Origin: Spirochaetia bacterium
GTDB lineage: Bacteria > Spirochaetota > Spirochaetia > CADAEX01
Reading direction: 5' to 3'
DNA: 64,000 bases
Assembly: GCA_045606105.1 (NCBI GenBank)
Contig: JAZURI010000010.1
Location: 32,001-96,000, forward strand
Part shown: piece by piece, positions 55,813 to 64,000 of the stretch
Layout of the letters: each line of letters begins with the position of its first letter
How positions within the stretch are numbered: the stretch's first letter is position 1
Position numbers and translations under genes: made by a program
Notes under the pieces: model-generated
Seen by the model: only the letters and a program-made list of their open reading frames with translations
Databases searched by the model: none
Told to the model about the DNA's origin: nothing

Positions 55813-57312
55813 TTATTTTACATAAACCCCTTTATACATTTTCACTGCCTCTTTAGGATCTCCGTCAAACAAAATCCTGCCGTGATCAAACCAGATTGCT
55901 CTGGTACAGACTTTCTCTACAAAGCTTAATCCGTGGGTTACCACAATTACTGCCTCTGCATTTTTTATCATTTTCTGTATTGTTTCACTGGCTTTTTTCT
56001 TAAAAGAAGCATCTCCTGCACTTAATGCCTCATCTATGATAAAAAGCTCAGGCTGAATGGCAGCTGCTATACTGAATCCTAACTTGGATCTCATCCCGCT
56101 GGAATAATTTTTTATCGGTTTTTCGGCATGTTCACCCAACTCTGCAAACTCCAATATTTTAGGCTGGAGTTCCTTCAGTTTTTTCCTGGGAATACCTATC
56201 ATCATGCCGTTAAGCATTATATTGTCTTCAGCGGGAAGCTGATTATTAAACCCGGAACCAAGGCTCAGAAGGGCTGAAGTTTTTCCCTTAACCTCAAGTG
56301 TCCCTTCATTCGGCTTATAAATTCCTGTCAATGTACGACATAACGTCGATTTACCGGCTCCGTTATGACCGATAATTCCAACAATCTCCCCACGGTTTAT
56401 ACTGAAAGAGACATTTCTCAATGCCCAGAATTCTTTCTTTTTTATTTTAAATAAGATTCCGAGATTTTCAGCCTTAATGACACATTCATCCTTAATATCA
56501 GCGACAGTCTGTCTATACTCAGCATCCTTTTCGATAGGCTTATTCAAAAGAGTTGTTTTTTTTATGGGAACAATATTTTTAAGATAGGCATCTGCAACTT
56601 CATTTGGTTTTCCTTCTGCTTTTACAAATCCCTTGTCAATCCAGATTGCCCTTGTACAACGATTCCTTACAAACTCCATATCGTGGGTAACAATAACAAT
56701 CATCCGTGCTTTGGAAATAAGCTCTTCCATTTTTCCGGCAGATCTCTTTCTGAATTCCAGATCCCCCGTACTCAGAGTTTCATCCAGAACCAAAGTCTCC
56801 GGAGCCAGCATAGCAGCAATACTGAAGCCCAATCTTATTCTCATGCCGGTTGAATATTTTTTCATGGGAACATCTATGAATTCCTTTAATCCTGAAAATT
56901 CAAGAATCGTTTCATAATACTCTTTCATCTGCTTTCGGGATAAGCCCATCATGGTTCCATTCAGATAAATATTCTCTTTTCCTGTCAGTTCAGGATTAAA
57001 GCCGGCTCCCAAGGCAAGAAGGGCTGATACACTCCCATTTATATCAATGGTCCCCTTATCCGGCTTAAGCAAACCGCCTAGAATACGACATAAAGTAGTT
57101 TTTCCGGTTCCGTTTGAACCGATTACTCCCAGAATTTCACCGGAATATCCCTCAAAGCTTATGTCGTTAAGCACCCATTTTTTCTTTTTTTTAAAATTTT
57201 TGAGCCTTATTTTATTTAGAATATAAGACCTGAAATCTTCCCGATTCTTATCAGTATTGTAACAAAGCCCCAGATTTTTAGCTTTTATAATCAGTTCTTT
57301 TTTTTCTGTCAT
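55813..57312 (-). CDS. polysaccharide/teichoic-acid export ABC ATPase (Wzt/TagH) with two tandem NBDs
   Basis: NBD1: GSNGTGKTT / YSTGM / LVLDE / VTH. NBD2: GHNGAGKST / YSSGM / FIIDE / VTH. Confidence 0.9.
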   Translation of the reverse strand: MTEKKELIIKAKNLGLCYNTDKNREDFRSYILNKIRLKNFKKKKKWVLNDISFEGYSGEILGVIGSNGTGKTTLCRILGGLLKPDKGTIDINGSVSALLALGAGFNPELTGKENIYLNGTMMGLSRKQMKEYYETILEFSGLKEFIDVPMKKYSTGMRIRLGFSIAAMLAPETLVLDETLSTGDLEFRKRSAGKMEELISKARMIVIVTHDMEFVRNRCTRAIWIDKGFVKAEGKPNEVADAYLKNIVPIKKTTLLNKPIEKDAEYRQTVADIKDECVIKAENLGILFKIKKKEFWALRNVSFSINRGEIVGIIGHNGAGKSTLCRTLTGIYKPNEGTLEVKGKTSALLSLGSGFNNQLPAEDNIMLNGMMIGIPRKKLKELQPKILEFAELGEHAEKPIKNYSSGMRSKLGFSIAAAIQPELFIIDEALSAGDASFKKKASETIQKMIKNAEAVIVVTHGLSFVEKVCTRAIWFDHGRILFDGDPKEAVKMYKGVYVK

Positions 57313-58088
57313 CAGAGAGCCTTAATTATCCTGTGTTCATTATCGCTGTAAAATTTAAACAAACCTAAAATAGCTGTTACAGAAATTGCAGCCAATAACA
57401 AAAGCAGTTTGAAATCCGGAAGCTGATGATACATGAGAATATCCCTGTATGCCTGCAATATCCAGGCAAGAGGATTGAATTTAAGAACCCAGTGATATTT
57501 TTCAGGAAGAAATGAAACATCCCAGATAACAGGGGCAACAAAATGCATTATTGTAACCAGATGTCCTACCACATTCTTGAAATCTCTGATAAATACGCAG
57601 ATATATGAAAGAAACAGTGCGATTGCAAGCTGGAACAAAAGCTGCACTATCAGAACTATCGGAAGATAAAAAATATGTATAGTTGGAAAAACATGGTTAC
57701 ACAGTAAAAATATTTCTACTATCACCAACCCGAAAAGAAAATTAATAGTCTGGGATATTGTGGTCCCGAAGGAAAAAATAGCCTTGGGCAGATATATCTG
57801 AGTAATTATTCCTGCCTTTGTTACGATTGCATTTGTCGAAAGGAGAACCGAAGTGCTGAAATATCTGAAAACCACCATTCCTATAACAAGAAAACATGGA
57901 TAATCAGCCCCACCCCTCCTCATAATGATAACCACAAGAAAGTAATAAACAATAATACTCAGGAACGGATCAAGGAGCCACCATAAATAACCCAGAAATG
58001 TATTCCTGTTTTCTGCCTTAAGATCTGATGTTACCAGATAGAAAATAAGGTCTTTTCTCCGCCACAAATCTTCGATGTATTTTCTCAC
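57312..58088 (-). CDS. polysaccharide ABC-2 permease (Wzm/TagG)
   Basis: DLK...R.T.LGYLW.LL.P, I.QIY.PK..F, RD, P..W, NP......YR; about 6 TM segments. Confidence 0.9.
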   Translation of the reverse strand: MRKYIEDLWRRKDLIFYLVTSDLKAENRNTFLGYLWWLLDPFLSIIVYYFLVVIIMRRGGADYPCFLVIGMVVFRYFSTSVLLSTNAIVTKAGIITQIYLPKAIFSFGTTISQTINFLFGLVIVEIFLLCNHVFPTIHIFYLPIVLIVQLLFQLAIALFLSYICVFIRDFKNVVGHLVTIMHFVAPVIWDVSFLPEKYHWVLKFNPLAWILQAYRDILMYHQLPDFKLLLLLAAISVTAILGLFKFYSDNEHRIIKAL

Positions 58089-58091
58089 TTT

Positions 58092-59162
58092 CTATTCCCT
58101 GTCTCCGTAGTTTTTCTCAATCCATTTAAGGTATTCCCCGGAGCGGATTGAGCTGCTCCATTCTGTATTATCAAGATACCATCTTACTGTTTTTCTCAGC
58201 CCCTGGGCAAAATCCACGGACTGCTTCCAGCCCAGCTCACGCTTCAGCTTGCTGCAGTCGATGGCATAACGCCTGTCGTGTCCCGGCCTGTCCTTTACAA
58301 AGGTAATCAGCCCTTTTATCTCATCGGCATCGGCTCCTGTCTCCTCGGCAAAAATCTCGCAGAGGGCATGAACCAGACGGATGTTTTCCCATTCATTTTC
58401 TCCGCCGATATTGTAACTTTCCCCCACAACACCCTTTTCCAGCACAGCCCAGACCGCACTGTTGTGATCCTCCACATAGAGCCAGTCCCTGATATTCTTT
58501 CCGTCTCCGTAAACCGGCAGAGGCTTCCTTTCCTGCATGTTGCTTATCATTACCGGAATCAGCTTTTCCGGAAACTGATAGGAGCCGTAATTATTTGAGC
58601 AGTTGGTCAGAGTAATCGGAAGTCCGTAGGTATGGAAATAGGCCCTTACCAGGTGGTCGCTTGATGCCTTGGAGGAGCTGTAAGGGCTTCTCGGATCGTA
58701 AGGGGTCTCCTCTGTAAAATACCCCTCTTTCCCCAGGGAACCGAAAACCTCATCGGTGCTTACATGGTGAAACCTCACATCCTTTCTCTCTCCCCATACG
58801 GAGCGGCATGCCTCAAGAAGGGCAAAGGTACCGTTTATGTTTGTCCTGATGAACTCTCCGGGTCCCATAATACTTCTGTCCACATGGCTTTCTGCCGCAA
58901 GATGAATGACAGCATCGATTTCATGCTCTTTCATTATGCGGATATTGTTTTCTGTATCACAGATATCGGCATGCTCGAAGAAATAGCGTTTTCCCCCTTC
59001 CCTTGCCTCAATGTCGGCTATGTTAAGGGGATTTCCCGCATAGGTAAGCTTATCCAGATTCACCACCTTTCCGTCGAAATCTGTCTTTTCAAAGATATAT
59101 CGGATAAGGTTACTGCCTATAAATCCGGCACCGCCGGTGATAAGTATATTTCTGAATTTCAT
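58092..59162 (-). CDS. rfbB: dTDP-glucose 4,6-dehydratase
   Basis: [70 protein letters not shown]. Confidence 0.97.
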   Translation of the reverse strand: MKFRNILITGGAGFIGSNLIRYIFEKTDFDGKVVNLDKLTYAGNPLNIADIEAREGGKRYFFEHADICDTENNIRIMKEHEIDAVIHLAAESHVDRSIMGPGEFIRTNINGTFALLEACRSVWGERKDVRFHHVSTDEVFGSLGKEGYFTEETPYDPRSPYSSSKASSDHLVRAYFHTYGLPITLTNCSNNYGSYQFPEKLIPVMISNMQERKPLPVYGDGKNIRDWLYVEDHNSAVWAVLEKGVVGESYNIGGENEWENIRLVHALCEIFAEETGADADEIKGLITFVKDRPGHDRRYAIDCSKLKRELGWKQSVDFAQGLRKTVRWYLDNTEWSSSIRSGEYLKWIEKNYGDRE

Positions 59163-60037
59163 AACAGATCCTCAGCAATGAATTTAAGATATGTTCCGTA
59201 ATCTGTCTTATATCCGGATGCAATCTCCAGAAGCTGTTCTTTTGTAATCCAGCCTTTTCTGTATGCAATTTCTTCGATACAGGAAACATAAAACCCCTGT
59301 CTTTTCTGTATTGCCGCCACAAAGTTGGTGGCCTCCATCAAACCATCATAGGTTCCGGTATCCAGCCATGCAGTTCCACGGCCTAGAAGCTGAACCTGAA
59401 GCTTACCCTCGTTCATGTAATCGTTGTTGATGGAGGTGATTTCTATTTCGCCCCTGGCTGACGGCTTGGTGTTCAATGCCTTCTGAATAACATCGTTAGG
59501 ATAGAAATAGAGCCCCGGAACTGCATAGTGGGATTTAGGCTTTGCCGGCTTTTCTTCAATGGAAACTGCCTTTCCATCTGCATCGAATTCCACTACACCG
59601 TAAGCTGTGGGATCCTTTACATAGTATCCGAAAATAACTGCGTTATCTGTGTTTTCAATACATTCCCGGCTTTTTTTCAGAATACCTGTCATTCCCTGTC
59701 CGTAGAAAATATTGTCTCCCAGAACAAGAACCACGGAATCATCTCCGATAAACTCCTGCCCTACAATAAATGCATCGGCCAGTCCCCTCGGCTTTTCCTG
59801 AACCTTGTATTCAAACTTCATGCCGATTTTTTCACCGGAACCCAGAAGTTTTTCAAAAAGAGGCAGATCTGCCGGAGTGGAAATAATCAGGACCTCCCGT
59901 ATTCCTGCCAGCATGAGCATGGAAAGCGGATAATATATCATCGGTTTATCATATACCGGAAGAAGCTGCTTTGATACGGCGTGAGTTATAGGGTAGAGCC
60001 TGGTTCCGGCCCCGCCTGCAAGAATAATCCCTTTCAT
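59159..60037 (-). CDS. rfbA: glucose-1-phosphate thymidylyltransferase
   Basis: [57 protein letters not shown]. Confidence 0.97.
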   Translation of the reverse strand: MKGIILAGGAGTRLYPITHAVSKQLLPVYDKPMIYYPLSMLMLAGIREVLIISTPADLPLFEKLLGSGEKIGMKFEYKVQEKPRGLADAFIVGQEFIGDDSVVLVLGDNIFYGQGMTGILKKSRECIENTDNAVIFGYYVKDPTAYGVVEFDADGKAVSIEEKPAKPKSHYAVPGLYFYPNDVIQKALNTKPSARGEIEITSINNDYMNEGKLQVQLLGRGTAWLDTGTYDGLMEATNFVAAIQKRQGFYVSCIEEIAYRKGWITKEQLLEIASGYKTDYGTYLKFIAEDLL

Positions 60038-60561
60038 TTGATATTTCCCTTTATAATAATATCATTCAGCCGGCATACACCGGTTATACTGTTTTTTTCT
60101 GACTGTTCGCTGACAATAACATATGTATCGTTATCCTCTGTTCCGGTGTAAATATCCGAGACAGAAAATTTAATGTTTCTTTTCACACAGGCATATTCCA
60201 CCAGAAATTCCAGATCGCTTTTTCCCGCAAGAAGAACCTTGCCGAATCCCTGTTCCGCCGCCTGTTCCACCGCTTTTTCGATTTCGCTCCGATAAAAGGA
60301 AATGTCTGCCACTGTCTGCCTGAAGCAACGGTAGCTTCTTTTAAGGATTTCCTCCACTCCGGCCGGAGAAACCCGGTATCTGATATTTCTGCTGTTAACC
60401 TTTTCAATGGTCAGAAAACCCCGTTCCTCGAGATTCCTGAGCACAGCATTGGTCATTCCCAGGGAAATACCTGCCTTTTCAGCTATATCCCGCTGTTTTA
60501 TTGAGTTATCGTTATAGATGTATTCAAGAATTGATGTTTCTTTTTCGGATGTAATGATCAT
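60034..60561 (-). CDS. winged-helix (MarR-like) regulator at the head of the glycan operon
   Basis: E..ILE.I......QRDIA...GISLGMTNA.L..L..RG.......NSRNIRY...P.G..E. Start reassigned to ATG 60561 (GAGG upstream). The stop overlaps the rfbA start. Confidence 0.8.
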   Translation of the reverse strand: MIITSEKETSILEYIYNDNSIKQRDIAEKAGISLGMTNAVLRNLEERGFLTIEKVNSRNIRYRVSPAGVEEILKRSYRCFRQTVADISFYRSEIEKAVEQAAEQGFGKVLLAGKSDLEFLVEYACVKRNIKFSVSDIYTGTEDNDTYVIVSEQSEKNSITGVCRLNDIIIKGNIK

Positions 60562-60655
60562 AAAAGGGCATACCTCGCCCGTTGTCATTCCTGAGATCAT
60601 GGACCGAAGGCTCGGAAACGCCGCCGGAACAGGCTGTTTCTCCGCACAACAGATT
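60562..60655 (-). promoter_or_regulatory. candidate structured 5' leader of the glycan operon
   Basis: GC-rich island in an AT-rich intergenic region. CTGTTGT/ACAACGG encloses internal hairpins; GGGC-GAGGTAT-GCCC-TTTT lies directly before the ATG. Confidence 0.4.
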
Positions 60656-60675
60656 GAGTTGTTCAATTATAGAAC

Positions 60676-60704
60676 ATTTTACTTTATTTGTTTTTATAAA
60701 TCAA
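60676..60704 (-). promoter_or_regulatory. putative sigma70 promoter of the glycan operon
   Basis: Minus strand TTGATT-N17-TAAAAT, just downstream of the metK terminator. Confidence 0.55.
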
Positions 60705-60727
60705 TAATTATTTGATATATATAATAT

Positions 60728-60754
60728 AAAAAAAGGAGCTCTCAGAGCTCCTTT
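60728..60754 (-). terminator. intrinsic terminator of ahcY-metK
   Basis: Minus strand AAAGGAGCTC-TGA-GAGCTCCTTT with a T7 tract. The metK stop codon forms the loop. Confidence 0.75.
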
Positions 60755-61896
60755 CTTATTGCTTCTGCCATATCTGTCTTTTCCCAGGAAAAAATATCCC
60801 GGCCGAAATGACCGTAGGCTGATGTCTTCTGGTAAATCGGCTTCTTGAGATCCAGAGTCCGGACAATTCCTGCCGGTGAAAGATCAAAGAGCTTCCTTAC
60901 AGCCTTTTCGATGCCCTTTTCCTCAACCTGTGCGGTTCCGAAGGTATTTACCATTACAGAAACGGGAAACGGTACTCCGATGGCATATGCCAGCTGTACC
61001 TCGCATCTTGTACAGACTCCCGATGCCACTATGTTCTTGGCTATGTATCTGGCCATGTAGGCTGCAGATCTGTCCACCTTGCTTGGGTCCTTCCCAGAGA
61101 AGGCACCTCCTCCGTGACGCCCCATTCCGCCGTAGGTATCAACTATGATCTTGCGGCCTGTAAGACCGGTATCTCCGTGAGGTCCGCCGATAACAAAACG
61201 CCCTGTAGGATTGATGAAATACTTGATGTCTTCGGTTCCGAAATCGGCCTCTGTCAGCACCGGATTGATTATGTCGGAAATGATGGTATCCCTGATTTCG
61301 TCATAGCTTATATCCTCATCATGCTGATGGGAAACAACCACGGTATCAATTCTTTTCGGAACAAAGCCCTCGTATTCTATGGTTACCTGGCTCTTGGCAT
61401 CCGGTCTGAGCCATTTTATTGCCTTGCTCTTTCTCAGTGCTGCTGCCCTGATAAGAATCTTGTGAGCCAGCATGATAGGAGCCGGCATAAGCTCCTTGGT
61501 CTCATTGCAGGCAAATCCGAACATGAGCCCCTGGTCCCCGGCTCCCTGCTCCCCTTTGTAGAGACCTGTTCCGGAAACTCCCTGGGAAATGTCCGGCGAC
61601 TGGTTGTGGATAACATTGAGAACTGCCATGGAATCGCAGTCCAGGCCGTAATCTGCCTTTGTATATCCGATATCCCTTGCCACTTCGCGGGCAATCTGCT
61701 GGATATCCACATATGTTTCGGTGGTTATTTCCCCTCCGATGAGCACCATTCCTGTGGTTGCAAAACATTCGCAGGCCACCCTTGATTCGGGATCCTCCCT
61801 GAGACACGCATCCAGAACTCCGTCTGAGATCTGGTCACAAAGCTTGTCGGGATGCCCTTCGCCCACCGATTCCGATGTAAAAAGATAATTCTTCAT
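60742..61896 (-). CDS. metK: S-adenosylmethionine synthetase
   Basis: [72 protein letters not shown]. Confidence 0.98.
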   Translation of the reverse strand: MKNYLFTSESVGEGHPDKLCDQISDGVLDACLREDPESRVACECFATTGMVLIGGEITTETYVDIQQIAREVARDIGYTKADYGLDCDSMAVLNVIHNQSPDISQGVSGTGLYKGEQGAGDQGLMFGFACNETKELMPAPIMLAHKILIRAAALRKSKAIKWLRPDAKSQVTIEYEGFVPKRIDTVVVSHQHDEDISYDEIRDTIISDIINPVLTEADFGTEDIKYFINPTGRFVIGGPHGDTGLTGRKIIVDTYGGMGRHGGGAFSGKDPSKVDRSAAYMARYIAKNIVASGVCTRCEVQLAYAIGVPFPVSVMVNTFGTAQVEEKGIEKAVRKLFDLSPAGIVRTLDLKKPIYQKTSAYGHFGRDIFSWEKTDMAEAIRKEL

Positions 61897-61905
61897 TCCT
61901 TTTCC

Positions 61906-63330
61906 TTAATATCTGTAATGCTCCGGCTTGAACGGACCATCCACAGAAACGCCTATATAATCTGCCTGTGCCTGTGTAAGCTTTGTCAGCTTAACTCCGA
62001 TCTTTGAAAGATGGAGTCTTGCCACCTCTTCGTCCAGCTTCTTAGGGAGACAGTAAACCTTTTTCTCAAGCTCATCCTGCTTTTCCCAGAGCTCAATCTG
62101 TGCCAGAGCCTGGTTTGTAAAGGAATTTGACATTACGAAAGAAGGATGTCCTGTTGCACAGCCCAGGTTAACAAGTCTTCCCTCTGCCAGGATGTAGATT
62201 GATTTTCCGTCAGGGAATACATACATGTCGTACTGAGGCTTGATGTTTACTTTTTTGATTCCTTCGATTTCATTGAGACGACCCACCTGGATTTCCATAT
62301 CGAAGTGACCGATATTGCATACAATGGCCTGATCCTTCATTCCCTTCATGTGCTCGGCGGTAATGACATCACGGTTTCCGGTGGCTGTAACATAGATGTC
62401 GGCCCATCCCTGTGTATCCTCCACAGTCTTTACCTCGTACCCTTCCATTGCAGCCTGAAGCGCACAGATCGGATCTGCCTCTGTAACTATAACTCTTGAC
62501 CCCATGCCTCTCAGCGACTGGGCAACTCCTTTTCCCACATCCCCGTAACCACAGACAACCGCCACCTTTCCTGCCACCATTACATCGGTTGCTCTCTTGA
62601 GACCGTCCAGCATGGATTCCCGGCATCCGTAGAGGTTGTCAAACTTGCTCTTGGTAACAGAGTCGTTTACATTGATTGCAGGAATAAGAAGCTTGTTCTC
62701 TGCAGCCATCTTGTACAGACGGTGAACGCCTGTGGTTGTCTCCTCGGAAACACCTTTCAGCTCCTCCATGATTCTGTGCCATCTGTCCTTGTCTTCATTG
62801 TAGATACGACCCAGGGTCTTCAGCAGCTGGAGCTCATCCTCGCTTTCCGCCTCCTTGTTGAGAAGCTCGGGATTTTCCTCGATTTCATATCCCAGATGAA
62901 CCATAAGGGAAGCATCCCCTCCGTCATCCACGATAAGCTGAGGTCCTTTTCCTTCCGGAAATGATATTGCCTTGTAAAGAAGCTCCCAATATTCGGAGAT
63001 GGCCTCTCCCTTGTATGCAAATACCGGAACTCCTGCCGGATTTTCTGCTGTTCCTGGACCCACCACGATACCTGCAGCAGCATGATCCTGTGTGGAGAAG
63101 ATATTACAGCTTGCCCACCTTACATCTGCACCCAGATGAACCAGTGTTTCTATAAGAACTGCTGTCTGAATGGTCATGTGAAGGGAGCCTGTGATCCTGA
63201 CCCCTCTGAGAGGCTGAGCGTTGCCGTACTTCTCCCTGACAGCCATAAGGCCGGGCATTTCGAACTCGGAAATGGTGATCTCTTTTCTGCCCCATTCATG
63301 CAGATTAATGTCTTTTATCAAATATTCCAT
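61906..63330 (-). CDS. ahcY: adenosylhomocysteinase
   Basis: [74 protein letters not shown] lies upstream of ATG 63330. Confidence 0.97.
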   Translation of the reverse strand: MEYLIKDINLHEWGRKEITISEFEMPGLMAVREKYGNAQPLRGVRITGSLHMTIQTAVLIETLVHLGADVRWASCNIFSTQDHAAAGIVVGPGTAENPAGVPVFAYKGEAISEYWELLYKAISFPEGKGPQLIVDDGGDASLMVHLGYEIEENPELLNKEAESEDELQLLKTLGRIYNEDKDRWHRIMEELKGVSEETTTGVHRLYKMAAENKLLIPAINVNDSVTKSKFDNLYGCRESMLDGLKRATDVMVAGKVAVVCGYGDVGKGVAQSLRGMGSRVIVTEADPICALQAAMEGYEVKTVEDTQGWADIYVTATGNRDVITAEHMKGMKDQAIVCNIGHFDMEIQVGRLNEIEGIKKVNIKPQYDMYVFPDGKSIYILAEGRLVNLGCATGHPSFVMSNSFTNQALAQIELWEKQDELEKKVYCLPKKLDEEVARLHLSKIGVKLTKLTQAQADYIGVSVDGPFKPEHYRY

Positions 63331-63391
63331 ATAAATCTCCAATTATAAAATATCACTTTTATTTTTTTTGATAAAGTGTTATCCTTTAAAT

Positions 63392-64000
63392 ATGCTCAGG
63401 GTACTGGTTTTTACCATAGCTTTTTTCCTCGCATTTCTCATAAATCTCGGTGTTACACCGCTTCTCATCAGGATTTCCCACAAATTCAAGTGGTATGATA
63501 CCATTGATGAAAGAAAAATTCATCCCGACAGGATGCCCCGTATAGGCGGAGTAGGTATTTTTGTCGGCTTTGCGGCAGCAGCCTTTGTATATGTCGTAGG
63601 TTGTCATATCTTTGATGTGAAGGAGCTGAACGATCTTTCAAAATATTCCCACCTGTTATTGGTTATCGGATTTTTTATCATAACCTCAATGGGTCTTATG
63701 GATGATTTCCTGAATCTGAGAGCCAGGCTCAAATTTGTTATACAGATAATTGCAGCCCTGTGTATATCTCTCGGCGGCTTCCACTTCCATGTCATCCACA
63801 TTCCGGGAACCGAAATCGGCTTTGAACTGAATCCTGTCATTGCCCATGCCCTTACTGTACTCTGGATAATTGCCTTCTGCAATGCCATAAACCTTATGGA
63901 CGGAATGGACGGCCTGGCCGGCGGTATCTCCTTTATCGGAGCTGTTTTCTACATTATCCTTTTCGGTCTTTCATCCAACTTCACCGCAATGGCGGTTTCA
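63392..64000 (+). CDS. MraY/WecA/TagO-family undecaprenyl-phosphate GlcNAc-1-phosphate transferase, 3' end outside the window
   Basis: Not in the supplied ORF track. Manual translation from ATG 63392 gives MLRVLVF...DERKIH...PRIGGVGIF...GLMDD...KF..Q...NAINLMDGMDGLAGGIS. Confidence 0.9.
   Translation, partial: MLRVLVFTIAFFLAFLINLGVTPLLIRISHKFKWYDTIDERKIHPDRMPRIGGVGIFVGFAAAAFVYVVGCHIFDVKELNDLSKYSHLLLVIGFFIITSMGLMDDFLNLRARLKFVIQIIAALCISLGGFHFHVIHIPGTEIGFELNPVIAHALTVLWIIAFCNAINLMDGMDGLAGGISFIGAVFYIILFGLSSNFTAMAVS

Noticed and set aside
49641-57192. T8 tracts in licD and wzt (49641, about 56556, 57185) as phase-variation sites
   Set aside because: Short A/T runs encoding Lys-rich stretches in AT-rich genes. 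Frames are intact and no long G/C tracts or microsatellites were seen.
60610-60630. GGCGGCG in the glycan leader as an RfaH ops/JUMPstart element
   Set aside because: Does not match GGCGGTAG, and no NusG paralog is encoded in the window.
63331-63391. Possible SAM/SAH riboswitch upstream of ahcY-metK
   Set aside because: Only 61 nt, very AT-rich, shared with a divergent gene, and no aptamer-like stems.
63386-63888. Two short minus-strand ORFs at the right end
   Set aside because: They are antisense to the WecA/TagO-like gene starting at 63392.
1-64000. CRISPR arrays, tRNA/rRNA genes, IS elements, prophage or anti-phage defence genes
   Set aside because: Intergenic gaps are all short (about 180 nt or less) and show no repeat-spacer pattern or cloverleaf. 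No transposase, integrase or phage motifs were recognised. The Fic and XPB genes sit in housekeeping contexts.

Overview
Gene-dense bacterial chromosomal window, most likely from a spirochaete (Spirochaetia; inferred from the lolA-rodZ-rimO-uvrD synteny, bacterial XPB, Asp-type MurA, rplM-rpsI-recX linkage and protein styles). About 1-18 kb is housekeeping: M23 peptidase, UvrD, RimO, RodZ, LolA, XPB, MurA, EndoQ-like nuclease, Pdp, RecX, rpsI/rplM and ThrC, plus several catalytically degenerate proteins. About 18-60.6 kb is a ~43-kb cell-surface glycan locus in two long minus-strand gene runs. It contains rml genes, Wzm/Wzt, two Wzx, a Wzy-like protein, a priming transferase, five glycosyltransferases, three LicD proteins, two cytidylyltransferases, a TagF-like protein and a B12 radical SAM enzyme. 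metK, ahcY and a WecA/TagO-like gene that runs off the right edge close the window. The most unusual parts are: (i) a duplicated [porin-like beta-barrel + CotH-kinase lipoprotein] pair plus DUF4956 at the tail of the glycan operon; (ii) a YidC domain fused to an LtaS/sulfatase-like domain next to a TagF-like gene; (iii) a Wzt/TagH with two tandem ATPase domains; (iv) a Lol-like ABC exporter inside the locus with its ATPase gene on the opposite strand; (v) structured leaders upstream of the glycan operon and of rplM, and a terminator inside the recX frame. No rRNA, tRNA, CRISPR array or mobile element was recognised. All family calls are motif recognition by eye; no database searches were run.
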